Source: Octopus bimaculoides
Lineage: Eukaryota
DNA length: 64,000 nucleotides
Assembly: GCF_001194135.2 (NCBI RefSeq)
Contig: NC_069003.1
Location: 27,821,987 to 27,885,986 of the forward strand
Direction of reading: 5' to 3'
Shown here one piece after another: positions 14,201-26,640 of this stretch; the stretch's first letter is position 1, and every line of letters starts with the position of its first letter. A program made the translations under genes and the position numbers. The notes beneath the pieces were generated by a model. It was not told the DNA's origin and ran no database searches. It saw only the letters and a list, made by a program, of their open reading frames with translations.

Positions 14201-14504
14201 ATAATGAAAGAAAATTATATAGATTTTGTAAGTTTATTTGATAATAGGTAGCGACTCACTCGATCGTTATTCAGTTTCACGCACGCAAAACGTGCGTGTG
14301 ATTCATCGCCTGTTTACATCGCAATTATTCGGAACTTCCCATTGTGGAAGTTCCTAATAATCATGCTGAGCTTCTGCCGATTATATTTTATGCATTTTTT
14401 CTTTTCTACACATTGTATACGTCATAATGTGACCCGATACCTGCTGTTTGCTTGTCTATCCTTTTGTTCTCTTGTGCATTTACCAACTTCGTCGACGTTA
14501 CCTT

Positions 14505-14862
14505 TGTAGTAACGCCGTGCGCATGCGTAGTCTCACGCATGCGTGGAATTAAACAAGCAAGCGTTCCCGCTTTAATCTCTCTCTTTTACGGTCGGCCGAC
14601 CATGAGCACGGACGTGTCAAGAGTGTCTCTAATACTCCAACCTGGAGACAGTCTCTTTACGTGTTAAGCTGTCTCTCTACATCTTTCGGACTTACACTCG
14701 ACAGCTCGCTTACAGCTACAGAACAACGTCTCAACAGCTATGCTCATACACAACAGAAGCTGTAACAACAAGAACTAAAGATGTATATATTTACCACCTG
14801 AATAAAGTGTTGTTTAAGTTGATAGTCTGGAGTTCAGCGTTCCGTTATATTCTAAGTTTATA
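14505..14862 (+). mobile_element. Possible solo LTR
   Basis: Starts tgtagt, CpG-rich, aataaa about 60 bp before the putative end. No clean CA end, TSD, PBS or PPT. Confidence 0.3.
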
Positions 14863-15466
14863 GTAGGAAAGTCAGGTATACGTCTAAAGATGTATAACCC
14901 ACTTTCCTATACCTTTAGACAATCTTCATTTAGGCAACTACCAGATTCCTACATTTAAAAAGTTGGAATTTAGGCACAAATTCGGCCTGAGCACTAATTG
15001 TATGTATCTATTGTTTCCACTCACGAGCAATAGTCAGAACTCACCAGCTAGAATATTCTGTATCAGGTAAACGGCCACAGCATTCCACGCTCAACACACA
15101 TATTGTGAATCCACAGCTCTACTCCTTGGCCACAACTTCCTGCGTATGAACATTCTATCTCCTAGTGTAACTCTAATACGAACTAGTATTTCTCTATCTC
15201 AGTGTTTGAGACTTGTAGTCTATGTTACAGACACTCTTTCTATGTTCTCTGTTTCCTCTCATTCACACGCACACTTGTACTCTCACATATTGTACACACA
15301 CTATTGTTTATACGNNNNNNNNNNNNNNNNNNNNNNNNNNNNNNNNNNNNNNNNNNNNNNNNNNNNNNNNNNNNNNNNNNNNNNNNNNNNNNNNNNNNNN
15401 NNNNNNNNNNNNNNNNNNNNNNNNNNNNNNNNNNNNNNNNNNAGTTTCACTATGTTAATAAATTTA

Positions 15467-15890
15467 TTCTCATTATATATCTAACGGTTGAGTTTGTCCT
15501 AAGTTCTTTTACTGGCACCATGGCTCGTATCTCACGACGAGCCTTCTATGTTATATATATCTTTATTTTGTGTTCGACCGTGCGACATGGTAAAAAGGAG
15601 CCTTTTCCGTCTACGTCGCCATCTCCTTTGGTTCGCACGGTCGAAGTATTACAGTCCTGTACCCAGATATGCACCTATATATACAGGTAGACGTAGGTAT
15701 GCACATACCTGTACGTATATGTGCATATGCTCATTTATTTGTTTTATATATATATATACTTGAAAAAATCGGCGAAGGTAAAGAATATGCACATCCGATA
15801 TGTAGGGTTAGGGTTACGCTGAAAATAGGTGTTGTCCGCCGAAAAACCCACTATCATTATTAATACTCGTGGATACACGAGTCACTTTCA
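15467..15890 (+). mobile_element. Possible non-autonomous Helitron/Helentron-like element
   Basis: 5' tctcattatatatctaacgg start, several stem-loops, tagggttagggtta at 15803-15816, hairpin actcgtg-gata-cacgagt at 15865-15882. No terminal CTRR. Confidence 0.35.
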
Positions 15891-16114
15891 TCTTCCATAT
15901 CTCTGGTCGATAAAATAAGGCTTAACCGGACAATAGTGAATCCTACCACCTATACACCCATCCTCTGATCCTTCCATAATTGCTTATGTGGGACAAAACG
16001 CAATCCCATCGGTCGGCCAAATAAAATACCAAAGTACTGAGATCGATATAATCGATTTAGCCTCCCTTCAAAACTTCTGGGCATATGCAAATGTTAGATA
16101 GTAAGGTTGATAGA

Positions 16115-16400
16115 TAGGCAGAATCGTTAGTGCGTCGGACAAAATGTTGCTTCGGCATTTCATCCTTTCAGGGGCGATAAAATAAGTACCAGTTGAACAC
16201 TGGTACTTATCGACTGCACCCTCCTCCAAAATTGCTGGCTTTGTGTAAAAATTTGAAATTATTACAGTTCAAATCTCGCCGGGGTCAACTTTGCATTTCA
16301 TTCCTCTTGGGTTGATGAAAGTTAAGAACCACTCAATCACCATAATTGGTGGCACTAGCTAACCCGCTTCCCCCTAAAATTGCGGGCATTGTATCTTTTA
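16115..16400 (+). mobile_element. Two adjacent partial family A SINEs
   Basis: Two successive tttcatcc...gataaa-type cores, at ~16158 and ~16296. Confidence 0.75.
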
Positions 16401-16949
16401 CCTGGAACCTTTATTTATTTAACTTTAACTCCATCGAAACCTTTCTCATCGGAGTCGATGCCTTAATTATCTTTCATTTCTAAATAGCTAATTATTTTTC
16501 TTTGCTCTAGCTATTAACGAGATTAAAGCAATCAAAAGACATTCGATATTGAGTTGAGCAGAAAGAGAGAGAGAGAGCGTTCACTCTCAGGTGAGAGAGA
16601 AGGACGGAAATTATTACATATTTTAGAGTGAGAACTTAATAAAGGCAGAACAAACATCCTCGTTGCTCCTAGTTGAGGGTTGAGTCTGGAAAAGAGGGGG
16701 GGGGGAGAAGAAAACGGAAACCCCTCTAGTGTTATCGAAGTGCCGAGATTATCAGTAAAACATTCATTGATTAGCTACACCTGTTCAACATTTTCTACAA
16801 GCTTTCTCCTAAATGATTTCATGGCAATCCTGCCTCACAACAGACGGCTGTCACCTAGCGACGATGTTAGTACAGCCTACACATTCATGTAGTTCTTCGC
16901 TTAGCGACGTTCATTTTATATTAAGAAACGAATTTAAAAAAAAAAAGAA

Positions 16950-18010
16950 AAATACATACCTCGAAGCACGCCCACGCATCTTTTGAGGTATCACGTGTAA
17001 TATATATATAAACATATATAATATATACGTACACACATACACTCTCGCACACCTAATCGCGCGCGCGTAATTCCTACGTTAAAGACATGTCGAAATACTC
17101 GTGTGGGGCGCCCACACATTTTCTCTCAATTACTCCCACAAGCTTTCCGACACGTGATTTTATGTTAGTCTTTTACTATTATTATTATTATTATCATCTA
17201 AATATATATATTTAAACTACTACATATAAGTCACGACAAAATTTTCTATTTTTAAATCACGAGTAAAAATTTATTGCACATATACTTTTTTTCTAAATAT
17301 GTCATTTTTTTTCTATCTCCCCTTTATTTCTATCCCCCCCCCTTCTTTGCGCGTATATGAAAATACAAAACAAAAGCAAAAAAAAAAGTATTTACCAATA
17401 TTTCTTACTAACAGTAAGAAAGGCACTTGCAACTACCACTACCTTTTACTTCTACTACTGCTGGTTTTCTACGACTGCTAACCTCTTCAGTAACACTCTA
17501 ACAAGTTGTGTAATAACCAACTACTAAATATACATTGTCTTTAGCTTGCTTGGCTGATAATAAATTAAGACTATTCTATTACAATATCCCTCAATTCACG
17601 CTAATAATAAAAATTCTGTCGACTGAAAGAATTCTACTTGCAAACCTTGTAAAAATAAAAGATTCATTTTATATATTTTTTTGTATATATATTTTCTCTT
17701 TTTTTTTTTTTAACTTCACTAACACACACACAACGACGACTGCGACGATTCTTATTGCAAACACTACTTCTACTACTACCGCAACTACTTCATCAACAGC
17801 AACTACTGCATCCTTCTAACTCTAAAAGCAAATTCACGTATCAGAAATCTACCAATCTCCTCCTCCTCCTCCTCCTCCTTCTTTTAATACAACGCTAAGA
17901 AATATTACTACTATGGCGATGCATCATTTTCCTGTGTTCATAATAAAATAAACTTTTTTTAACTACACTTTGGAGTCATAGCCTCTCTCACGCGCATGCA
18001 TCATCATCAT
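16950..18010 (-). promoter_or_regulatory. CpG-rich promoter / long 5'UTR-like first-exon candidate
   Basis: CpG cluster (cgcgcgcgcg at ~17059), CACGTG E-boxes at 16992 and 17151, no interspersed repeats recognised. Minus-strand aaaagATG at 16979 followed by donor TCGAG|gtatgt at 16960/16959. Confidence 0.35.
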
Positions 18011-18264
18011 CATCATCTACATTCTATAGCTCTATATTATACATGCACATACATATATGCACATTATCTACTTATGCAGTTTTATGTAATATATAATATG
18101 TATGTATGGATATATATATATATTCTATATTATGTAGAATTATACTATATATATAGATATATATATATATATGCATACGTATGTATATATAATATACATT
18201 ATATAGCATTATTCTCTCTACATAAGTTTACATTTTGTAGCCTTATAGGGGCATGGCTTAATGA

Positions 18265-18560
18265 AGGTGCATGGTTTAGTGGTTACGGTGTTGCACTCAC
18301 GATTGCAAGGTCATGGGTTCGATTCCCAGACCGGGCGTTATGTTGTGTTCTTGAGCAAAGCACTTCATTTCATGTTGCTCTGCGATCATTTCTACACCTG
18401 ACGTGTGGCACCCGTTGCACCTGTACAGGTAATGTTGATCTGATGGAGGTGAGTGACCTTACGTTTACACAAACATTTGATCACTACAAACAAATCATCT
18501 GTGTGGTTGTTCAATAAGAAATTGTCGAACTCTCATACGTCTCTAACGATACGAGAGTCC
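18265..18560 (+). mobile_element. tRNA-derived SINE, family D
   Basis: A-box-like tggtttagtggtta, B-box-like gggttcgattccc, then gtgttcttgagcaaagcactt. Shared with copies at 27860, 54960, 61613 and 61751. Confidence 0.85.
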
Positions 18561-18599
18561 ATCATCATCACATATATAAATATATATATATATATATAT

Positions 18600-18760
18600 A
18601 TCATCATTATCTAACATCCATTTTACCATACTGGCATAGGTTGAATGGTTTGACAGGGTCCAAAGAATCCAAAAGCTGCAGTGAGGTCCAGTGTGAAGCT
18701 TTTGGCATAGTTACTGTGGCTGAATATTCTTCCAAAGGCAGTCTTCTTTCGTTTGTGTAC
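18600..18760 (-). mobile_element. SINE/LINE 3' tail, family C (gat-repeat tail)
   Basis: catcattatctaacatccatttt...ggttgaatggtttgac resembles copies at 1-55, 39800-40010, 43150-43365 and 46495-46750. Confidence 0.75.
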
Positions 18761-19109
18761 TGTGTTTTTTTTTTTCCTGTCACCTGCACTAGTGACAGGA
18801 AAAACCCATGACCTTGCAATTGTGAGTGCAACACCGTAACCACTAAACCATGCACCTTCATTAAGCCATGCCCCTATAAGGCTACAAAATGTAAAGTGGA
18901 CTAAGAGAGTGGGAAGGAGAAGGAATAAGGAGAATGAAGGAGGAAAGTGGTTCTGAGAAGTGGAGGAGGAGGTAGTTAGGAGTGAAAGATGGTGGGGGAG
19001 TACTATGTATTATGGAGAGATGGGTTTTGGAGGAGGGAGATTAGATGAAGAGAATGCTTAATAGTGCAGAATGGGTGTAGGAAAAGTACCCTGCACATGC
19101 AAACATAGA

Positions 19110-19725
19110 CAAGATGTTTTTAGGACTTCATTTTTGCCAAGATGAATGGACCTTCTCAAGCACAGTGAATAATCAGTCATCTTGGTTCTGCATCAACACT
19201 TCTGTGAGGCACAGCATCTTGCGATTATCCTTTACTACTTTCTCTTGCATCTTTCTGAGTCTCCTGCTTCAACAAGTTCCATCCACTTTAAATGATTGGC
19301 ACTTCTTTATGCAGCTGTCCTCATTCATACGCATCACATGTCCAAACCAATGCATTTCTCTCTCCTGCACACCACACCTGATTCCTCTTATGCCTAATTT
19401 TCTCCTCAATACATTTATGCACACTGACATTGCATATCCAACAGAGCATACTAGATTCTCTCCTCTCCAGTCTTCACATGTCCTTTCCATTCAGGTCCAC
19501 TTCTCATTACTATGTAGCATTGCTGTTTGTATACAAGCTTCATACAGTCTACCTTTCACTCAGAGAGAGAGAGAAATAGATCTTTTGTTGCCAATAGAAG
19601 TAATAGCTTTCCTATTTTTTTCTCTAGCAACTATATTTTCAAAACACCCTCTTCTACCACTAATTAGGTATTTGGGTATAAGAAACTGTCTACTCCCTTT
19701 AGGGAGCTTCTGAGGCATTCTAGAA
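19110..19725 (-). mobile_element. Decayed RTE-clade LINE, 3' part of ORF2
   Basis: Translates to VKGRLYEACIQTAMLHSNEKW and LRRKLGIRGIRCGVQEREMHWFGHVMRMNEDSCIKKC, typical of the RTE C-terminus (RWFGHV.RM). Stops and frameshifts present. Confidence 0.85.
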
Positions 19726-19749
19726 ATGCCCTAAAAGCTTCTTATATTC

Positions 19750-20090
19750 TTTTATTCATTTACTTGTTTATCATTTGATTGTGGTCATGCTGGAGCACCA
19801 CCTTTAGTCGAACAAATCGACCCCAGGACTTATTTTTTGTAAGCCTAGTACTTATTCTTTCGGTCCCTTTTGCCAAACTGCTAAGTTACGGGGGACATAA
19901 ATGCACCAGCATCGGTTGTCAAGCGATGTTGGGGGGACAAACACAGACACACAAGCATACACACACACACACACATATGCGACGAGATTCTTTCAGTTTC
20001 CATCTACCAAATCCACTCAAGGCTTTGGTCCAGGGTTATAGTAGGAGACATGGTTGGTAAGTAGGCTACTTACCGCACAGCTACTCCTGC
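19750..20090 (-). mobile_element. tRNA-derived SINE, family B (~340 bp)
   Basis: Carries ctttcagtttccatctaccaaatccactc and gtcatgctggagcaccacc modules seen in more than 12 copies in the window. Confidence 0.9.
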
Positions 20091-21384
20091 ACCTATATGT
20101 ATATATATATATTCTACAGCTGGATGTCCTTCTTAATGCCGAACACTTTACAGTGTGTGATGGGTGCTTATAATGTGGCACTGACAGAATCGCTTTTACA
20201 TGGCATCAACACAAGTACTTTTTACATGGCTTCAGCACAGGACACTTGCATACTAATCTTCTTCATCCGAGAGGGCAGCCTTAACACTTCTCCTGTGGAG
20301 GGCAGGTCTTCTTTAGTGTGTGTTTGTGTGTGTGAAATGCACTGTGGTTGAATAGTTAAGTTTGCTTCACAATGATAGGGTCCAGGGTTTGATTCTACTG
20401 TTAGGCATTTTAGGCAAGTATCATTTTCAATATCCATATCTTCTAAGTGAAAGTGGGTAGAAAGAAACTGTATGGAAGCCCATCTAATGCAATCAATCTG
20501 CAACTGGAAATAAACAGGCTTGTCACACACTGTGTCATTATGATTCTGCTAGAGAAGTATATTAAGGTTATATGTTTCTGTGGAATGCTCAGTTACTTAT
20601 ATGTTACTTCAGGAGTCTCTACAGTTGGCTCTACATTGCTGAAAGACAGAGTTTCTCCACATCATGTGATCTTGCGTTCAGTCACTGTGTGATACATAGG
20701 GAAAGTGTCTTCTACAGCTCCAAAGTCTTCTTCTAAAGCCTAGTGTGTACATTTGATAGCCAGAACCCATTTATTTGTTCCTGATGCAAAAAACCTTACC
20801 AAAAGCATTCCAGGCTTGAACATCCTGATTTTTTTTTGTTTTTGTTTTGCAATTTCAGACAAAATAACTTGGCTAATACAATCCAAAGTGTCTTTCTTTT
20901 GAGATAGCAAGATGTATTTTAAGGGATATTTAACAGGTTGAACAACCACCTTGAAGCTTTCCCTGTCAGTTTCCATAAGAGTTAATATAATCTGTAATTG
21001 GTTCTATCAACTCAACCCTTTCCTGAAAAATAGTGACCTTACCTGTTGTCAAAAAGAAAAGAATATTTAATATCTTTTCCATCATAACTATTTTCATTTT
21101 CTTTGAAAAGATATGAGGTAATTTTGTTAAAAAAAAAAATTCAATAGAGGTTAACTTTGATTTCTTTTATGTAAATTCATAATGGTATTTTAGTTCTTTG
21201 TCTTCCTATACAGCATAGAGAAAATAATGAAATAGTTTCTGAAACCTTTTAACCTATGCGTACGCTGTAGCAGATGAGATTTAATTTGATTATACCCATG
21301 GAAGATGCAAAAACCAGTGGCCACATCGTTTTGTGTTTATGGCTTGCTAATTGGCAGAATCAATCATTACACTTTCATCTATTG

Positions 21385-21752
21385 TTTTTACTTGTTTTAG
21401 TCACTAGACTACGGCCATGCTGGGGCACCACCTTCAGGAATTTTAGTCGAATGTATCAACTCCAGTACTTATTTCTAAACCCAGTACCTATGCTATCGGT
21501 CTCTTTTGCTGAATCATTAAGTTACATGGACATAAACACACCAACACCAGTTGTCAAGTGGTAGTGGGGGACAACAAAACACAAATACAAACACACACAT
21601 ATACACAACAAGCTTCTTTCAGTTTCTGTTGACCAAATCCACTCACAAGGCTTTGGTTGACCCAAGGCTATAGTAGAAGACACTTGTCCAAGGTGCTATG
21701 CAGTGGGACTGAACCATGAGGTTGTGAAGCAAACTTCTTACCACACAGCCAC
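21385..21752 (-). mobile_element. Family B SINE
   Basis: Same modules, from ggccatgctggggcaccacc to cttcttaccacacagcc. Confidence 0.9.
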
Positions 21753-23066
21753 AACAAAATTTTAATTTTGTTTTGTCTTTGGTCAGTAAGTGTTATTTCC
21801 TATTTGCTTCTATCTAGAAATAAAAGGAAATGACTACTATTCCCTTCAAACTTTGCTTTTGTGACCTGGGCATCAATGTTTTCAAACTGAACTATTTTCC
21901 ATTACATCTCAGACAGATTCAGCACTGATTTTCAGAAGCAGAAATATTGTTATAGCAATTATACTGCTTAATACCACAGATTTCCTTGTCAGTTGCTTGA
22001 CCACTTAACCACTTGAGCATGTCCTTTAGTGGCCAACAATATGTGCATCTCTGATCATGAGCAGGAGTAGTTGGGGAGCATTATAGCCATCTGTTGAGAG
22101 GGATTCTTTGTGGATAAATGTAACAAGAGCAAAGTTTGAATTAAATATTAACATTTTTCCATACTTTCTAGGGGTATGCAAATAGGAAATGACAGTTGCT
22201 ACTCAAGGACAAAAATCATGTTACACAGTGTTTTTTTTAGCCATAAATACAGTCATGTTGCTGCCAACTTTTGTATCTTGAAGGGTTACTATCAAATGAA
22301 ATTATGTCTGCTAAAACATATTCGTGTGTTCAAGGTGGTATAGTTCATTTTGATTAAAACTATATTGCGTTGTAAGGTTCTATACTGCTATACTGATTGT
22401 TTGACACTACAATCTTAATTAGTTTTGTGATCATATTTCTAATTAAATACTATGTGTTTCAATTAATTTTGAAGAATTCAAGAGAATAATTCATATTAAG
22501 TTGATGTTTGGAACATATCTTGGTCTTCTGCTTATTATAAGGGATGTCAGCTTCATGGAACATTAGTGAAGTGTGTGTTAACAATATTTGATGTAGAACC
22601 CAAGAAATTTTCATTAATATTAATTATAGCTTCGGTGTCAGGAACAGTCAGTATCTAAATGACTAATCACAGAGTAAATTGAAATGGGGTGGGGGAGAAA
22701 CCCCACCCCTTGTCCCAGAATTGTAATAAATTATAATTGAATATGGAATGCATTGAGAAGTAAAACTGGTCTTTAGATTACAATGACATCTATGTTCATA
22801 TTAGAGTGAATATCTGCAGTTACCTTCTCAAAAAATAGTAGTGTTGCTACATACCAGTTGTTAATCTTTTCTCTTTCACATGTTTCAATCATTGGACTAT
22901 AGCCATGCTGGGGCACCATCTTGAAGGGTTTTAGTTGATCAAATCAACCCCAGTATTGAGGTTTATTTTATCTATTTATTTTTTTGTAAGAGCGATGTTT
23001 TTTTCTGTCAGTCTCTTTTGCCAAGCTGCTAAGTTATGAAGACTTGGGTGCATGGATTGAAAATGA

Positions 23067-23235
23067 ATATGGACCTACTGTAACTGTGACTTTACAAGTC
23101 TTCCACAAGTAGAAAGTTTACATCAAATTTAGGATATTGTTACACTTGTGGATGATGTTGGGTCTGATGAAATTATACAGGATGATGTGGTTGAGTTGCT
23201 AGTATTGCATACAGAAAGTTCAGACGGAATTGTTG
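23067..23235 (+). mobile_element. Tigger/pogo transposase C-terminal remnant
   Basis: IWTYCNCDFTSLPQVESLHQI*DIVTLVDDVGSDEIIQDDVVELLVLHTE resembles the acidic post-DDE tail of TIGD1/Tigger proteins. Internal stop. Confidence 0.5.
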
Positions 23236-23814
23236 AGGCAGGTTCTCTATGGACAGATGCTTTTCCTGTCACTAACCCTCACCTGTTTCCAAGCAAACTA
23301 GTATCCACCCATGGCTAGACATGCTTTTCCCAGAAGACTTGAAATGAATGACCCTGCTTGTATGATGATGATGATGATCGATTACGACCACGTGATGTCT
23401 AAACAATAGTATATATACATACATGCTTCTTTCAGTTTCCATTTACTAAGTCCACTCACAAGGCTTTTGTCAGCCTATAAGACACTTTCCCTAAGTGACA
23501 CACTCTAGGACTGAACCTAAGACCACATAGTTGCAAAGTGAGCTTCTTAACCACACAGACACACACACACACACACACACATGTACATACATGTTCACAT
23601 GTATACTACAGATTCTCCAGAAGCTATTTTAATAATTCCTTTCATGTCTCCAATGTAATCTACCTCTGTACACTGTCATTTTATAGTTGTAAAATCATTG
23701 CTGTATGTTTTAGTTAGTAGTCTCTGTCACGATCACCACTGTGTCATCAGCTACTTTATAACACATTCTGTGATTGCTACTTCTACTACAACTGTCTCTG
23801 TGAGTATGTGTATG

Positions 23815-23846
<32 letters not shown>

Positions 23847-24744
23847 CATACATATACACACATATTTATATGCACACGCACACCTGTATTAATGCTGTCT
23901 TTTACAACTATTATAGTTATTATGTATACGATATCTATTACTACTATTTTGCATCTATCTCTATTACTACCTGTTGATATATAGACCTAGTCGACTCTTG
24001 ATCAGCAAGGCTTTGTATTAAAGCCATTCCAGATGTGACCATCCAGTCTGTTTATGAATTAGTTTCTTTATTTTTTGGAAGTTATACTGTCTCCAGAGCT
24101 ATATTTTGGATGTATGCATACTTCTCATTTTATGACTCATACAGTGTGATTCGATGGGTATCGACTGCTGTTTCTAGCCAGCTAAGTGACTGTAGTAAGG
24201 GTCTGTCAGGCTTGTTTGTTAATATAGTAATATTGTTGAACAGCAATGGTGCTGAGCTGTATATTTTACTCTATCTTTGTTACATCTCATATATTGCATA
24301 GCAACAGCAGTAATAAAACTCTATTATCTCATCATGTTCCTATATTAGATAATTCCTATGTCCTGTTATCTTGTATCTCTTGAGTTGGTTGGCAAATCCC
24401 TTTCACTACATCCTTAACGGTTGTTGTTCTAGTTGTTGGTGTGGACCCATTACTTTTCACATCCTCTACTGCATTGTCTACCAATCTCTTTAGTGCCGGA
24501 AAAAACAGATTTGATTGGATGTAACTCCTCCCCTCCCTAGCTGTCATGCATCATTTACCACAACTAAATGCAGTATGATGTAATATATACACTATTCCTC
24601 TTGTTGATGCTTGCTTCTTGCTTTGGTCATACTGGAGCAGTGATTTGCTTTAAGGGTTTCAGGTTTCCTTCGCTCGATTGTTTCTATAAAAAAGAAAAAA
24701 AAAATACTTGCTGAATTTAAACCTTTTTTTTTTGTACTTGTTTC

Positions 24745-25105
24745 AATCATTAGATTGTGGCCATGCTGGGGCACCACTTTGAAGAAATATTAGTTGAATA
24801 AATCATTCCCAGTACCTATTTATTTTAAGCTTGGTTTTTTATTCTATTGGTCTCTTTTGCTGAATCGCTAAGTTATGAGGATATAAACATACCAACACTG
24901 GTTGTCAAAGACAAAATGGGGGACAGATACACACACACACACACAGAGTGGGCTTCTTTCAGTTTCCATCTACCAAATCCACTCACAAAGCTTTGTTCAG
25001 CCCGAAGCTAAACTACAAGACACTTGCCCAAGGTGCTGCATAGTGAGGCTGAACCTGGAACCATGTAGTTGGGAAGTAAGTTTCTTACCACACAGCCATG
25101 CTTGC
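24745..25105 (-). mobile_element. Family B SINE
   Basis: Near full-length match to the other family B copies. Confidence 0.9.
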
Positions 25106-25404
25106 ACCTAAAGTATAAAGTATATATATTTATTTTTAAATCTTCCATAATTATTTTAGATAAGAATGTTTTATGTTCCAAACATACTTTAGCTCTTTCT
25201 TTGCCATATTTTTCTTGAAATTCATTGCCTCTGTTTCAATTAATTTCGAAAATCACAGAGAATTTAGTAAAATAACTTTGTCATTATTAAACTGGTACAT
25301 AGAAAATGTATTGATATGGAATTTTTATGGAAGGCTTTAATTTAGATCATTTTCAAAAAGAAAATTTCTATCATAGGACCAAGGGTGGTCTGAGGCAGAT
25401 CTTT

Positions 25405-25595
25405 TTGTTTCTACTCTAGGCACAAGGCCCGAAATTTTGGGGGGAGGGGGCCAGTCGATTATGTCAACCCCAGTATGCCACTGATACTTAATTTATCGAA
25501 TCCGAAAGGATGAAAGGCAAAGTCAACCTCGGCGGAATTTGAACTCAGAATGTAAAGACAGACCAAATACCACTAAACATTTTGCCTGGCGTATC
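25405..25595 (-). mobile_element. Family A SINE, head truncated
   Basis: ctactctaggcacaaggcccgaaatttt...gaatttgaactcagaatg. Confidence 0.9.
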
Positions 25596-26003
25596 AAAAA
25601 GGTTAATAATTTAAAAGTTAGCTATTTTACTAAATTACTAAAATACTTGATTATTTTTCAAAATTTAATTACAACACATCAGCTGTGTATTTGATTAGAC
25701 ATAAAGTTAGAAAAGAACGAGGTAATAACAGAGGCTATTCACCTACAATAATGCCTGTTACTATAATGTTATTTTTTTAATGTATCTCTTACAATGCTAA
25801 AAGATAAATTGTATCTACATCTTTTCTATACTTGCAGTGATTGTTATTTATTACAGAAATGGCAACTGATTATAACCTAATATAGTTTTAATGATCTTAT
25901 GTGCTGACAGCTATTTTCTATAATCTGCAACTCCATTTTTGACCATAACTATCTTTTATTATTTTTTTATTTCCATATATAGAGTTGTTTATAGATGTTT
26001 GGA

Positions 26004-26034
<31 letters not shown>

Positions 26035-26149
26035 CAGTATGAATAAGCCACCACTGATGAAAATTCAAAGTATCAACGTTTTTACATTTAACTCTATATA
26101 TGTTCTGAACCCTCTGTTCAGGTAATGGTTGTTTTTGTTTAGAAATTAT

Positions 26150-26405
26150 TTATTTACATATGTGTATAGACACATACATACATACACACTCTTGTGTGTG
26201 AATATATGTGTACATGTGTATATATATATATATATATAGTGTGTGTGTATGTGTACATATATTTTGTGCGTGTGTGTGTATGCATACATATATTTTGTGT
26301 ATATGTATGTGCACACATATATACTATAATACGTGTGTGTATGAGTACATATATACTATATATGTGTGTATATGCATACATATATACTATATACATGTGT
26401 ATATG

Positions 26406-26470
<65 letters not shown>
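26150..26470. repeat. Compound (TG/TA)-derived microsatellite ending in long (TA)n
   Basis: Directly visible. Similar blocks at 12170-12460, 32210-32470 and 40745-41010. Confidence 0.95.
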
Positions 26471-26472
<2 letters not shown>

Positions 26473-26640
26473 AGGCATGGCTGTGTGGTTGGAAAGCTTG
26501 CTTCCCAACCACATGGTTTTGGGTTCAGTCCCACTATGTGGTACCTTGGGCAAGTGTCTTTTGCTTTAAAGTCAGGCTGATCGAAGCCTTGTGATTGAAT
26601 TCGGTAGGCAGAAGTTACCATCTTGTGTGTATATGTGTGT
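26470..26640 (+). mobile_element. Family B SINE, 5' half
   Basis: gcgcaggcatggctgtgtggttggaaagcttgcttcccaacc...gggttcagtcccact. Confidence 0.85.

Noticed and set aside
15803-15816. Telomere or interstitial telomere
   Set aside because: Only about 2 TTAGGG units; too short.
20740-20976. 78-aa ORF METDRESFKVVVQP... and a strong plus-strand acceptor at ~20859
   Set aside because: No recognisable domain, the ORF crosses a poly-T tract, and all plus frames after the acceptor stop quickly.
24356-24547. 63-aa ORF MTAREGRSYIQSNLFFPALKRLVDNAVEDVK...
   Set aside because: Protein-like by eye but no homology recognised and no convincing splice pair.
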